In this document: positions 14,219 through 28,367 of the stretch, in pieces
How the letters are laid out: every line of letters starts with the position of its first letter
Position numbering within the stretch: position 1 is the stretch's first letter
DNA from: Octopus sinensis
Lineage: Eukaryota
Assembly (NCBI RefSeq): GCF_006345805.1
Contig: NC_043018.1
Location: forward strand, 20,708,001 to 20,772,000
DNA length: 64,000 nt
Direction: 5' to 3'
Program-made: the position numbers and the translations under genes
Notes under the pieces: model-generated
Told to the model about the DNA's origin: nothing
The model's database searches: none
The model's input: only the letters and a program-made list of their open reading frames with translations

Positions 14219-14252
14219 TCCATCAGCATCAAATAGGATATCCTTGTGTGTG

Positions 14253-14289
<37 letters not shown>

Positions 14290-15098
14290 GAGTGGCTGTG
14301 TGGTAAGTAGCTTGCTAACCAACCACATGGTTCTGGGTTCAGTCCCACTGCGTGGCATCTTGGGCAAGTGTCTTCTGCTATAGCCCCGGGCCGATCAATG
14401 TCTTGTGAGTGGATTTGGTAGACGGAAACTGAAAGAAGCCTGTCGTATATATGTATATATATATGTGTGTGTATGTGTGCATTTGTCCCCCTAGCATTGC
14501 TTGACAACTGATGCTGGTGTGTTTACGTCCCCATCACTTAGCGGTTCGGCAAAAAGAGGCCGATAGAATAAGTACTGGGCTTACAAAGAATAAGTCCCAG
14601 GGTCGATTTGCTCGACTAAAGGCGGTGCTCCAGCTTGGCCGCAGTCAAATGACTGAAACAAGTAAAAGAGTAAAAGAAAAGAGTACATGTGTGTGCATGC
14701 TTATAAATGTAAATATGTATGTACATTTAAGTGTATATATAAGTATTTATGTATATTTATATATGTATGCAAATGCATAAGTATGTAAATGTGTGTGTAC
14801 TCTTTTATACTCTTTTACTTGTTTCAGTCATTTGACTGTGGCCATGCTGGAGCACCGCCTTTAGTCAAGCAAATCGACCCCCAGGACTTATTCTTTGTAA
14901 GCCTAGTACTTATTCTATCGGTCCCTTTTGTCGAGCCGCTAAGTTACGGGGACGTAAACACACCAGCATCGGTTGTCAAGTGATGTTGGGGGGACAAACA
15001 CAGACACACAAACTTATATATACATATATACGACGGGCTTCTTTCAGTGTATTTATTTATTTTATATTTATATTTATTTATAACTTAACCTTATGTCC

Positions 15099-15240
15099 TT
15101 TATAAAATCTCTGACGAAGCCTAGAGAAACACCCAAGTACCTCAATTTCATCTACTTATTACTTCAGTCTACTAGAGGGATAAAGGTAGAATGAGGTATT
15201 TTTACCTCTTGCCTGAAACAGCTGTACGATATTTTATAAA
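15099..15240 (+). ncRNA. Type I hammerhead-like motif with a long stem II
   Basis: TTTATAAAAT..CTGACGA-[97-nt imperfect hairpin]-GAAA-C-AGCT-GTA..ATTTTATAAA. Confidence 0.55.
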
Positions 15241-15626
15241 AATAATAATAATGAAATTATTGTATACAGTGTTCAGGTGCACCACAACTTTCAAAAAGTG
15301 CGTATAAAGTATATGATATATTTTCCCAATTTATATTCCTGTATGTTATATTTTAATAATTACTGGTATCTTTATATATTAATATATTATATATGTAAAG
15401 CATAATATGTTATACATGTATGTATATTCTTGTAATTGGCATTTTAGTAAATAAATAAATAAATAAAATGACATAGTATAATGTCTAAAAGTTGATGAAC
15501 CACCTATTGATCCCCTCCATTTTCTTATTGCTCTCTCTCCCGCTCATATGACAGCAAGCTTCCTGATGATTTCATTTGAATGAAACAGTTCTAGTCCTGT
15601 AGAAGCTCCTTCTATAAAATAAATAA

Positions 15627-15671
<45 letters not shown>

Positions 15672-15999
15672 ATATATCAGTGCAGGATTGTGAGGTAAGA
15701 AGCTTGCTTCCAAACCACATGGTTCTGGGTTCAGTCCCATTGCATGGCACCTTGGGCAAGTGTCTTCTACTATAGCCTCACCCAACCAAAGCTCATGTGA
15801 ATGGATTTGGTAGATGGAAATTGAAACAAGACAATCATGTGTGTGTATGTGTGTACAGAAAGCAGACGGTGTTCGTTTGCAATTTTCAAGTGCTAATTTT
15901 ATGCATATTTTTCTTCGCTTTCTTTGTTGGTCTTCTTAAAAACAATCAGCATTTTTTTTTTTTTTTTTGCTTTATTTTTCTGCATCAGAATAACTGACT

Positions 16000-17045
16000 A
16001 TGGAAAATTTTGAAACTCCCAATTTGTGGAAGAGGTATGGAATCCTCTTTGGAATCTGCACAGGAAGGAAAAACAAGGAAATTTCAGACTTCCTGAACGT
16101 CAGCAGAAGGATGGTGGAAAATTCGACTATGAGGTGACAGCGGATAGGAAAGAAAAGCATGATTGACATTGTGACGCAATCAGAATGCGAGAATTTGTTG
16201 CCGAAATTCAGGAGATCATCAACAACAATGCTAGTAAATTGATGCATGCCATTGCACAGGAGAAAGGTGTGGATGAAAAGCTCATCAGGTCGGTGGTGCA
16301 TGAGGATCATCATCATCATCATCATCGTTTTAACGTCCGTTCTCCATGCTAGCATGGGTTGGACGGTTCGACCGGGGATCTGGGAAGCCAGGAGGCAGCA
16401 CCAGGCTCCGGTCTTATCTGGCAATGTTTCTACAGCTGGATGCCCTTCCTAACGCCAACCACTCCGTGAGTGTAGTGGGTGCTTTTTACGTGCCACCTGC
16501 ACAGGTGCCAGGCGAGGCTGGCAATGGCCACGGTCGGATTGGTGTATTTTATGTGCCACCGGCACGGAAGCCAGTCGAGGCGGCGCTGGCATCGGCCACG
16601 AGTCGGATAGTGCTTTTTACATACCACCAGACCAGGGATCCTGGCTGGTTCAATTCGATTTCGATTGCCCCAACATGTCTTCGCAAGCAAAGGGGGTTGG
16701 CATGGGTGCCTGTCGTACGGTCGGATTAGTGTATTTTACGTGCCACCGGCACGGAAGCCAGTGGAGGCGGCGCTGGCATCGGCCACAATGTTTGCTACTT
16801 TTCACCCAAGATGAAGAATGGACAATTTCTGTCCAAGACAAAGCAGGAAAAGAGGGTCAACCACATTAAGATGCTGATCAACAAGTTGAAACATCTGCAG
16901 GAGCCAGACGTGATGTGGTTCTTCTACATGAAGAATTTCTGCCAAGACTGGAAGATCAACTCCCAGAACAACAGGTGGCTCACCATTTCACCCAAGGACA
17001 TTCCTAGAGTCATGCAGACGAAATTTCCAGCGACAATCATGGAAA
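16000..17045 (+). pseudogene. Tc1/mariner-superfamily (maT/DD37D-like) transposase relic, split by a SINE at about 16308-16790
   Basis: NKEISDFLNVSRRMV HTH-like segment and KMLINKLKH...WFF..KNFCQDWKINSQNNRWL...PRVMQTKFPATIM. Confidence 0.7.
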
Positions 17046-17309
17046 TATTGACTGAAATATTTTTGATTACCTAATAATATTGCTTAAGATATGAACAAAA
17101 CGTAATTTTTTTTTCACATATCTGTAATTCCATCATTTACATGATGGCATTGTAACTTTTTTTTACAATGACTTTATTATTACCGGCCACCATAAATCAA
17201 TTGTGACTTTTTTCCCTATGACTTTATTACAGGTCACCTATTTGCACCCCTCCCTGACTTTTCTGCAGTCAATAAATTTCTGTAAATTTTTTCACTATTT
17301 TTATATATA

Positions 17310-17695
17310 GGCGCAGGAGTGGCTGTGTGGTAAGTAGCTTGCTAACCAACCACATGGTTCCGGGTTCAGTCCCACTGCGTGGCATCTTGGGCAAGTGTCT
17401 TCTGCTATAGCCCTGGGACGACCAATACCTTGTGAGTGGATTTGGTAGAAGGAAACTGAAAGAAGCCTGTCGTATATATGTATATATATATATATATATG
17501 TATGTGTGTTTGTCCCCCTAGCATTGCTTGACAACCGATGCTGGTGTGTTTACGTCCCCGTCACCTAGCGGTTCGGCAAAAGACACCGATAGAATAAGTA
17601 CTGGGCATACAAAGAATAAGTCCCGGGTCGATTTGCTCGACTAAAGGCGCTGCTCCAACATGGCCGCAGTCAAATGACTGAAACAAGTAAAGAGA
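17310..17695 (+). mobile_element. tRNA-derived SINE family A, full copy (others at about 4057, 8275, 14288, 19248, 24345, 44815, 49065, 50470, 51935, 54790, 60240)
   Basis: Head GGCGCAGGAGTGGCTGTGTGGT (A box)...GGTTCAGTCCC (B box), internal TA/TG microsatellite, tail GACTGAAACAAGTAAAAGAG. Confidence 0.85.
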
Positions 17696-18149
17696 GTTGT
17701 ATATTTGAAACATCATTTCGTTATCAAGACTCTTGAAAAAACTCATTTCTGTAAAATGTCATTCAAAAACATGTTTCTTGTGAGGAAACCAAATCGGCAA
17801 CAGGAGGAGAAAATGAATTGAGATTTCTCTGAAAAAACAAAAAAATTCTTTTAGTTTTAACATAATCGAAACCTCCATCCTCGAAAATGTTTCTCTGCAA
17901 AATTTCAATCTAAATAACGTACATTTCTTACGAAAGTTACAAGGAGACAAAAGTCATAGCGTTGGGGAACTAAACTGTAATTGTGCCTCTATCAAACCGT
18001 GTCTATAACAACATTATCAGACGTGTCCTTCAATTTTTAAGTCGGTAAAGATGCATTCAGCGAGGAATTTGGTTGTTGTAATTATTTCTTCGACTGGTTT
18101 GCAAATCAATTTGTTAAAAGACTTTGTTTTAATGTGTTTCCCACCTCCA

Positions 18150-18495
18150 CGCCAACTTTTTTTTTTTTTTCATAACTTAGAAAAATGGATATTTTTTTAA
18201 TGGAAAAATTTTAGGCAAATACCTTTCAGATGTTGCAAATTACGGTTATACTGGAATTTCATGCGAAGTAAAAGAGAAAAATAAATTTGTTGAGCGTGCA
18301 TACATGAATACTGACGTTTGAAAATTATGTGATGTGCGTCAGTATGCACGTGCGCGCACCCACGAATTCTCTTTTTATTTTTCACTTTGAATTCCTAAAT
18401 AATCTCTATTTACTACATTTGAAAGGTATTTGTAGAAGATTTCAGTAAAAAATATCCATTTTCCTAAAAGCTATAAAGAAACAAAATCGGTGGGG
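18150..18495. mobile_element. Degenerate fold-back MITE
   Basis: Nested inverted matches AAAATGGATATTTTTT/AAAAAATATCCATTTT, AAATACCTTTCA/TGAAAGGTATTT, ATACTGACG/CGTCAGTAT. Confidence 0.65.
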
Positions 18496-20187
18496 CACAA
18501 TTGTGTAGTTATACCGTGTAATTTATACTGAAAAACCTCAACAAGAGACAAAAACCTAACAACAAACATATGACATTAATAAACAAACAACACTAACAAT
18601 AATATATAAACACAACACAACACATTGCAATGACATCCCGAGAGAATCTCTACGTGATCACCCGGCCTGCTAAAAATAATAGCCGAATCGTCCTAATATC
18701 ACACATTAGCGTCTTAAAGAAATGGAGTGGGGAGACGTATGGTAAGGAACTAGGTTCCCTGTAAATAGGGAAATATACCTTCTTGAGATCTTTTCCTTTT
18801 GATAGCCAGATTTCAACACAATTTCTAGTTAAATAAACACTTTAAAACTTCGTATACCGGTAGAATGTGTCAAAAGAAAACATTATTTTCACTTGGCTTT
18901 TTTGATAAATTTGTAATTCGCTTGTTTAACGTAGTTTAATTTTTCGAATCTTAACCAATCCTATGCTCTCTTTTGAGCTGAAATCATTTGCTGCGTCTAA
19001 AGGAAAAGATCCTTCCTTTGGTCCAAAATAGTTGTGGATGGAATTGCAAAAGAAAACCAGATAGTCTTCGAGGAAGAGTAAGTTGGGCCAAAAGAAAAAA
19101 AAAACAAACAGTAGTAACAAAGGAAAACTTGGAACAAATTAGATTTGTAGGTTTTATAGGTTTTATCTATTTGAGTTCCGATTAAAGGAAAACAAAAAAA
19201 GAAAGGGCCTCGATTTATCACTTGTTTAATATATTTAACCCCTGGCCTACTCTTTTACTCTTTTACTTGTTTCAGTCATTTGACTGCGGCCATGCTGGAG
19301 CACCGCCTTTAATCGAGCAACTCGACCCCGGGACTTATTCTTTTGTAAGCCCAGTACTTATTTTATCGGTCTCTTTTGCCGAACCGCTAAGTAACGGGGA
19401 CATAAACACACCAGCATCGGTTGTCAAGCAATGCTAGGGAGACAAACACAGACACAAACACACATACATACACACATATATATACGACAGGCTTCTTTCA
19501 GTTTCCGTCTACCTAATCCACTCACAAGGCATTGGTCGGTCCGAGGCTATAGTAAAAGACACTTGCCCAAGGTGCCACGCAGTGGGACTGAACCCGGAAC
19601 CATGTGGCTGGTTAGCAAGCTACTTACCACACAGCCACTCCTGCCTGTTCAAAGTATTTTCATAAGTTGGTCATAAACGTCCACGCTTGCTTAATGACTT
19701 TTAATTTAGGCCCCGTTTCAGACGATCTCAGTAACATAGAGCCTTCCTTTCATAAGCCTCAAATTACTCTGGTGGTGGAAATAAATTGTGAATTTGTATC
19801 ACATATGATGCATGGACAGCAGAGAAATACGAATAGACAGGAGAGGCAAAGGGTTAAATTTAAATAGCCATGTTCCATACTAAAATTCCGTCTTCAATAG
19901 TGATAGAAGTGGGTATTACATACTGGGCGGCGGGGAGGACTCTAAGGTCCGAAAAGCTGAAATCGAGAAAGTGGTACTAGACATTCTAGCTACCCTCAGC
20001 AGTCTCTGAATTGAAATCTAAGGCAATGCCACACCCCAGCGTAGCGTACTACCCACAAAACTCCAGCACTGGTCTTTAATTACATTCTACTGAAGTTTTG
20101 GGGAAGGACTGTTGATGATTTTTCGTACATTAAGTACATTTGTACGCGACGTACAGCAAATGGTTTCATTAATAAAAGAAAGAAAGA

Positions 20188-20300
20188 GATAGATAGATAT
20201 AGATAGATAGATAGAGAGACAGATAGAGAGACAGATAGATAGAGAGATAGAGAGACAGATAGATAGAGAGACAGATAGAGAGATAAATAGATAGACAGAC

Positions 20301-20343
<43 letters not shown>

Positions 20344-20468
20344 TAGACAGATAGATAGACAGACAGATAGACAGACAGATAGATAGAGAGATAGAGAGAC
20401 AGATAGATAGATAGAGAGACAGATAGATAGAGAGATAGAGAGACAGATAGATAGAGAGATAGAGAGAC

Positions 20469-20527
<59 letters not shown>
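20188..20527. repeat. (GATA/GACA/GAGA)n microsatellite
   Basis: Direct inspection. Confidence 0.95.
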
Positions 20528-20528
<1 letters not shown>

Positions 20529-20920
20529 TTCTTTACTACCCACAAGGGGCTAAACACAGAGGGGACAAACAAGGACAAACAAAGGGATTAAGTCGATTAC
20601 ATCGACTCCAGATAGATAGGCAGACGGATAGATAGACATTTAAAAAAAAACACCCTAATTTATTTTCATAGACCTATATACGGGGAGAGTTTCCGAAGAA
20701 CTAAATATTTAATAGGTTTTGATAGAAATAATATCGGATTTCACCAAGTGGAGTCACTGTGTAAGAGAGTGACATATTTTAGTTGAACAGAATTTTAGTG
20801 AAAAACATGAGTTTTTATTATTTACATATACACACGTATGCATGTGCGAGCGTGTATATATACATACGGAGATAGATATATAGATATATATATATATATA
20901 TCTATATATATATATATATC

Positions 20921-21011
<91 letters not shown>

Positions 21012-21238
21012 ATATATGTGTGTGTGGTGTGTGTGTGTGTATATATGTATATATGTGTGTATACATGCGTATAGTGACTTCGAAATACGATAAGAGGCCT
21101 GTACCAACATCAGTGTCAAACCCTGTCATCGTAAAAATAAATTTAAAACTCGTACGTATTGAGTGCTTTCTCAACATGCATACATTTATGCATGAATGTA
21201 TGTGTATACGTATCTACGTATATGTATATGCGCGTGAG

Positions 21239-21303
<65 letters not shown>

Positions 21304-21307
21304 TATA

Positions 21308-22562
21308 CAGGGGTTGGACAAAATGGAAACACCTTAAAATTTCAAACAAATTTATTTTAATATGGGGTAGGACCGCCAATAATTACAGCTTGAATTCTTC
21401 GAGATATGAACTAGCACAAAGTTTGAATCGTTTCCAAATAATTTTTGTCCATTCTTCAGCTAAAAGTCTCCAGTTATTGTAGTGATGATGGTGGAGGATA
21501 TCGACTCCTTACTTGGTTTTCTAAAATGCACCATAAATGTCCAATAATACTGAGATCTGTGGACTGTGGTGGTGGCCAGATAAGATGTTCAACTTCACTA
21601 GAATGCTCCTTGTGCTATTCGGTAACAACTTTAACTGTGTGGATTGGTGCATTGTCATCCCGAAAGATTGCATTTCCTTCCGGAAACAGTTTCGCAACCA
21701 TAGGATGGATTTGATCAGATAAAATGCTTAAATAGTCTTGGCTATTAATTCTGCCATGAAGGGAAACCATTGGGCCGGCGGATTTCCAAGATATAGCCCC
21801 CCAGATCATCAAAGACCCTCCTCCGTGTTTAACAGTTGGAAGAAGGCAGTCTGGGTCAAATGCTTCTTTTGACTATCTCCATACGTATTATCAGCCGATG
21901 GTCGGAAATAAGGTAAAGGATGACTCGTCCGAGAAAATAACACTCTTCCACTGCTCTAGGGACCAATTCTGTAGGTTTTAACTCCACTCTAAATGCTTTG
22001 CAACGTTCGCTTTTTGAAAGTAGTGGTTTTCTGATTGCAATCCGCACGTGAAATCCGGATTTGTGCATCTCCCGGTAAACAGTTTTTGTGGAAACTCGAG
22101 GTAGTCATTAAGCACTGCAGTAATTTGGTGGGGCTATACTTTTCTGATCCTTACTAACAGTTCGCGTAAGAGTCCGACGGTCCCTATCTGAAAGTTTTGG
22201 TTTTCATCCGGAGTTTTGTTTCGACGAGGAGGTTTTTCCCCTCTTTCTCAAAGGCTGTCATTACTTTTGAGAGAGTACTTCTTTGATACACCAAACATCT
22301 CCGCTGCTTTCGTTACGCTAGCGCATGCCATACGAGCACCAACAATTTGACCTCTTTGAAAGTCCGATAGATCTATCATTCTAATGAATTTTAATTACTT
22401 TTTCTGATATCTGAATAGAAACAGCAATTTTAGCAAAACATTAAGCAACACTAATAATAAACCAAAAAACATAAAAATAAACAAGCTTTTGGCGGGTTTT
22501 ATAGATATTTCAAAATTATGATGCTATGATCTAGGTGTTTCCATTATTTTGTCCAACCCCTG
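21308..22562 (-). mobile_element. Tc1-family DNA transposon, both TIRs present, inactive
   Basis: TA|CAGGGGTTGGACAAAATGGAAACACC ... GGTGTTTCCATTATTTTGTCCAACCCCTG|TA; terminal inverted repeats and TA target duplication. Confidence 0.93.
21357..22379 (-). pseudogene. Disrupted Tc1 transposase
   Basis: MIDLSDFQRGQIVGARMA..., WKSVIFSDES, MIWGAISW, FRDDNAPIH, SPDLSIIGHLW (catalytic E replaced by G), GGPTPY-stop; frameshifts and stops present. Confidence 0.88.
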
Positions 22563-24563
22563 TATATGTGTGTGTGTATACAGTATCTCACACAAGTATA
22601 TACACCCCTAAACATTTTTAGTAAAATTGCCGTTACTCTGATAATATCGAAAGAAAGCAAACGAAATTTATACTGAATAAAATATATTATACATGCAAGC
22701 ATTATACAAACTTGGAACACAATGCAATACACATTTTCAAAGATATGAACGAAATATTAATTTTCAAACAAAAATTTGGCTGCTATTTCTAACTTGTCGA
22801 ACGACTACATAGAGGATCTTTGGTAGGTTTTCCGAGGATAAGAATAATTTAAGCAATCAATACAACAGCTGTTAGTGGCGATGAAACAGGTAAGTTGGTA
22901 CGTTAATGTCAAAAAGTATCTATATATCTGCATGTACAAATAACTAAATTGACAATAAAAACCACGACGCAACAAACACTACTAGTAGAATTGAAATTGG
23001 TACGTTAATGTCAAACACTACCTGTATATTTGCATTGCATGTACAGATAGCAGATAGATTGACAATAAAACCCCGAGGGGGGGTGTTCGTTACGTAGAAA
23101 TTCCTCATATCTAGTTTGCATCTACGAGCTTAAACCAAAGATTGTGGTTTCGAATCAAGGGTTGAGGTATATATTAGTTCTTTTTGCTGGCTTATTATTA
23201 TTGCTTACAACTCATAAAAACGAAGATTTTTTTTTTTAATAATTATTTATATAAGCACAAATAGATTGATATTGATATATAATGAATCGAAGGATAAATA
23301 ACTTTGATTAACAAGACAAATACTCGTAAAATAAAGATAAGATTCTAGCACGAATCCAATTGCAACATCGACCATAATTCACCCTCAATATTCCAGGATT
23401 TGCGAGGCAGCGAATTGGCAGAAACGTTAGCACGCCGGGCGAAATGCTTTGCGGTATTTCGTCTGCCGTTACGTTGTGAGTTCAAATTCCGCCGAGGTCG
23501 ACTTTGCCTTTTATCCTTTCGGAGTCGATATAATCGACTTAATCCGTTTGTCCTCTCTGTGTTTAGCCCCTTGTAGGTAGTAAAGAAATGGGCATTTCGT
23601 CTGCCGCTACGTTGTGAGTTCAAATTCCGCCGAGGTCGACTTTGCCTTTTATCCTTTCGGGGTCGATAAATTAAGTACCAGTTACGCACTGGGGTCGATG
23701 TAATCGACTTAATACCTATGTCTGTCCTTGTTTGTCCCCTCTGTGTTTAGCCCCTTGTGGGTAGTAAAGAAATAGGTATTTCGTCTGGCGTTACGTTCTG
23801 AGTTCAAATTCCGCCGAGGTCGACTTTGCCTTTCGTCCTTTCAGGGTCGATTAAATAAGTACCAGTTACGCACTGGGGTCGATATAATCGACTTAATCTG
23901 TTTGTCTGTCCTTGTTTGTCCTCTCTGTGTTTAGCCCCTTGTGGGTAGTAAAGAAATGGGCATTTCGTCTGCCGCTACGTTCTGAGTTCAAATTCCGCCG
24001 AGGTCGACTTTGCCTTTCCTCCTTTCGCGGTCGATAAATTAAGTACCAGATGCATACTGGATCGATCTAATCGACTGGCATCCCACCCGCCCCAAAAAAT
24101 GTCAGGTCTTGTGCATAGACCAGATATGAATAATCCAGAATTTGCATTTAAATGGAAGTTACTTGTTTAATTTCATAAAGTGAAATGATAGATCGTTGAG
24201 TGACGAAGAACATACAATGCAAAAGATCAGAATCATATAAATAAGTGCTAAAAATCTATGCAGACACTTGTTGCCGGTCGCATATCCACACCCATAAATA
24301 TATAGCGTGTAGATGTAACAGTAACTGATGTAACATATATATCTCTTACTCTTTTACTCGTTTCAGTCATTTGACTGCGGCCATGCTGGAGCACCGCCTT
24401 TAATCGAGCAACTCGACCCCGGGACTTATTCTTTTGTATAAGCCCAGGACTTATTCTATCGGTCTGTTTTGCCGAACCGCTAAGTAACGGGGACATAAAC
24501 ACACCAGCATCGGTTGTCAAGCAATGCTAGGGGACAAACACAGACACACAAACACACACACGC

Positions 24564-24598
<35 letters not shown>

Positions 24599-24611
24599 AT
24601 ATATATATAAC

Positions 24612-24894
24612 ACTACAAAATTAGAGAATGGAGAAATATACTTAAATCAGTAAAACATCAACTATCCGATGATACTCAATCCATACTTTAATACACCATT
24701 ACATATGAGTAAAGGCAATACATAAAATGAAATGAGATATCTCTTTATCTTTTTACTATTACTGTATATCTCATTTCATTTTATGTATTGCCTTTACTCA
24801 TATGTAATGGTGTATTAAAGTATGGATTGAGTATCATCGGATAGTTGATGTTTTACTGATTTAAGTATATTTCTCCATTCTCTAATTTTGTAGT
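24612..24894. repeat. Perfect 129-bp-arm palindrome with a 25-nt spacer
   Basis: 24612-24740 is the reverse complement of 24766-24894. Confidence 0.92.
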
Positions 24895-25069
24895 ATTAAT
24901 TTACGGTAATATTTTACCTTTACCCATATAATGCAATAGATGAACTGATTGTTTGACAATTTTTAACATCTATGTATTATTTTTGTTGGGTACCTATCTA
25001 GCAGTATATTGGATATATATTATCCATGGTGGGTTGAATTTTCAACCCCTATCTCATTTTATAACCTAT

Positions 25070-25101
<32 letters not shown>

Positions 25102-25516
25102 CACATATATACGACGGGATTCTTTCAGTTCCGGCTACCAATCCACTCACAAGGCTTTGGTCGGCCCGAGGCTATAGTAGAAGACACTTGCCCAAGGTGC
25201 CACGCAGTGGGACTGAACCCGGAACCCTTTTTGGTAGCAAAGCTACTTACCACACAGCCACTCCGGCGCCTATATATACATATTCTATTTATTCTTTTAC
25301 TTGTTTCAGTCATTTGACTGCGTATGTAGGGGAACCGCCTTGAGGACACACAGATACACATATACGACGGACGGGCTTGTCCCAGTTGCCGTCTACCAAA
25401 TCCACTCACAAAGCTTTGGCCGGCCCGAAGCTATAATAGAAGCCTCTTGTCCAAGGTGCCACACAGCGGGACTGAACCCAGAACTATGTTGTTGTTGGGA
25501 AATAAGCTTCTTACCA

Positions 25517-27090
25517 CACACACATATATATATATACATACACACACACACACATATATATATACATACACACACACACACATATATATATATATCATAC
25601 ACACACACACACATATATATATATACATACAACACCACACATATATATATTATACATACACACACAACATATATATATACATACCACACACACATATATA
25701 TATATACTACATACACACACACATATATATATATACATACACACACACCATATATATATATACATACCACACACATATATATATACATACACACACACAT
25801 ATTATATATACATACACACCACATATATATATATATACATACACACACCATATATATACATATACATACACACACACATATATATAATACATACACACAC
25901 ACATATATATAACACACACCACACACATATATAATATACCACACACACATATATATACAACACACACACACACATATATATATACACACAAAACACAACA
26001 CATATATATATACACACAACCACACACACATATATATACACACACACCATATATATATATACACACACACACACATATATATATATACACCACACACACA
26101 CATATATATATACACACACACACCACATATATATATAACACACCACCACACACACACATATATATATCACACACACACACACAACACACATATATATACA
26201 CACACACACACATATATATATACACACACAACACACATATATATACACACACACACTATATACACACACACACATATATATATACACATATATATAACAA
26301 TACACACACACACACATATATATACCACACACACATTATATACACACACATATAATACACACACCACCATATATATACACACATATATATATACACACAC
26401 ACATATATATATACACACACACATATATATATACACACACACACATAATATATTACACACACACATATATATACACACACACATATATATATACACACAC
26501 ACACATATATACACACACACATATATACACACACACACATATATATCACACACACACACACACATATATATATATACACACACACACATTATATATATAC
26601 ACACACACCATATATATATACCCACACACATATATATATACACACACACATATATATACACACACACACACACATATATATACATACACATATATATATA
26701 ATACACACACACATATATATATACACACACACATATATACAACACACCATATATATACACACCACACATATATACACACACAATATATACACACACACAT
26801 ATATAATACACACACACATATATATACACACACACATATATATACCACACACATATATATTATACACACACACATATATACAACACACACATATATATAC
26901 ACACCACACACATATATACACACACACATATATATACACACACACATATATACATACACACACACATATATACATACACACACACACATATATACACACA
27001 CACACATATATACACACACACATATATATACACACACACACATATATATATATACACACACACACATATATATATATACACACACACACA

Positions 27091-27129
<39 letters not shown>

Positions 27130-27138
27130 TATATACAC
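25517..27138. repeat. Degenerate (CA)n(TA)n tract
   Basis: Direct inspection; source of many spurious ORFs. Confidence 0.95.
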
Positions 27139-27572
27139 AGTGTGTAATAACTTGTCGATAATACGTAACCAACCACCCCGAATACCAAAACCGAAGGACC
27201 ACAGACAAAACCTCTGCTGGACACCCAGAATGTTTACTAAAATTCTAAACTTTGACGTTTTTATTGTTTATAATTTGCCAGTATAAAACACTAATTAAGG
27301 CCGTTCAATTAAGCCTTGGTAATTACAGGCTTCTTGTGTCATAAAGTATTATTTACACTCAACGAATATGAAATACTCAACTGTCAAAAAGAAATTCTAA
27401 GGCTAGCTGCTTTATGTCTATAAAAAAACCCCATAAAATGGTAATTAACTCGGTTTAATTAATCAGTCGCTATTTATGTAAAATTATGACTTATTTGTGA
27501 ATTGGGTGAAAAATATTATTTGTCGTTTCTATGGAGGGAGATTGTTGTTTACGTAGATTCGGCAACTTTATC

Positions 27573-27620
<48 letters not shown>

Positions 27621-27811
27621 ATTATATAATTAAAATAGGATAAAATATTCATAAGAAATTATCAAGTAGTTAGCGTGAAAAACCTCATAAGAGAAAAAAA
27701 TCTGTAATTTTTTTCTACTTGAATATATTTATTTATATTATATAGAAGGCAGTATTACACATAAATGCCTCACGCTAGGAGGGACTCTTAAAGTCAAAAC
27801 TACCAAAATAA

Positions 27812-27846
<35 letters not shown>

Positions 27847-27964
27847 CGCACACGCGTACATATCTATACATGCATACACATATATACACGTTGTACAGAC
27901 GCACACATGTGTTATTTATATATACATATATACATATATATATATAAGGGAAAAAACCACTTAC

Positions 27965-27998
27965 CCCGGCTGTGGTGTTTTAGTATATTGTCTGAGAC
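27965..27998 (-). ncRNA. Putative 34-nt micro-exon of the same transcript
   Basis: ttcgttgtgttgtttacaaccag| GTCTCAGACAATATACTAAAACACCACAGCCGGG |GTAAGT (consensus donor). Confidence 0.45.
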
Positions 27999-28332
27999 CT
28001 GGTTGTAAACAACACAACGAATAATAATAATAACAATCCTTCAACTTCAGAAATAGATATTTTCATAAAGTACCCCATACATTCCTTCTTACCATTTATA
28101 TTCCATTTCTTCGTAATTTTTTTTTTCTTTTTAAAAAGCACAACGCATTTACAATTAGTAACCTCGCCCAAAAACTCCCTTCCAAGTTGAACGAGGAAAT
28201 GAAAAGCTAATCAAAGAGGGAATAAATACATTAACAGATTTACTTAAAGAACATTGATTTGTGTGTGGAAAAGCTCGGTTAAATAACCAACATAAATATA
28301 CAAATAATATAAAAAACGTGAACGCATACTTC

Positions 28333-28367
<35 letters not shown>

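Noticed and set aside
27980-28171. 63-aa ORF with a hydrophobic stretch
   Set aside because: The hydrophobic part is the TTA/TTG-rich acceptor tract of the predicted micro-exon; no support as a coding gene.
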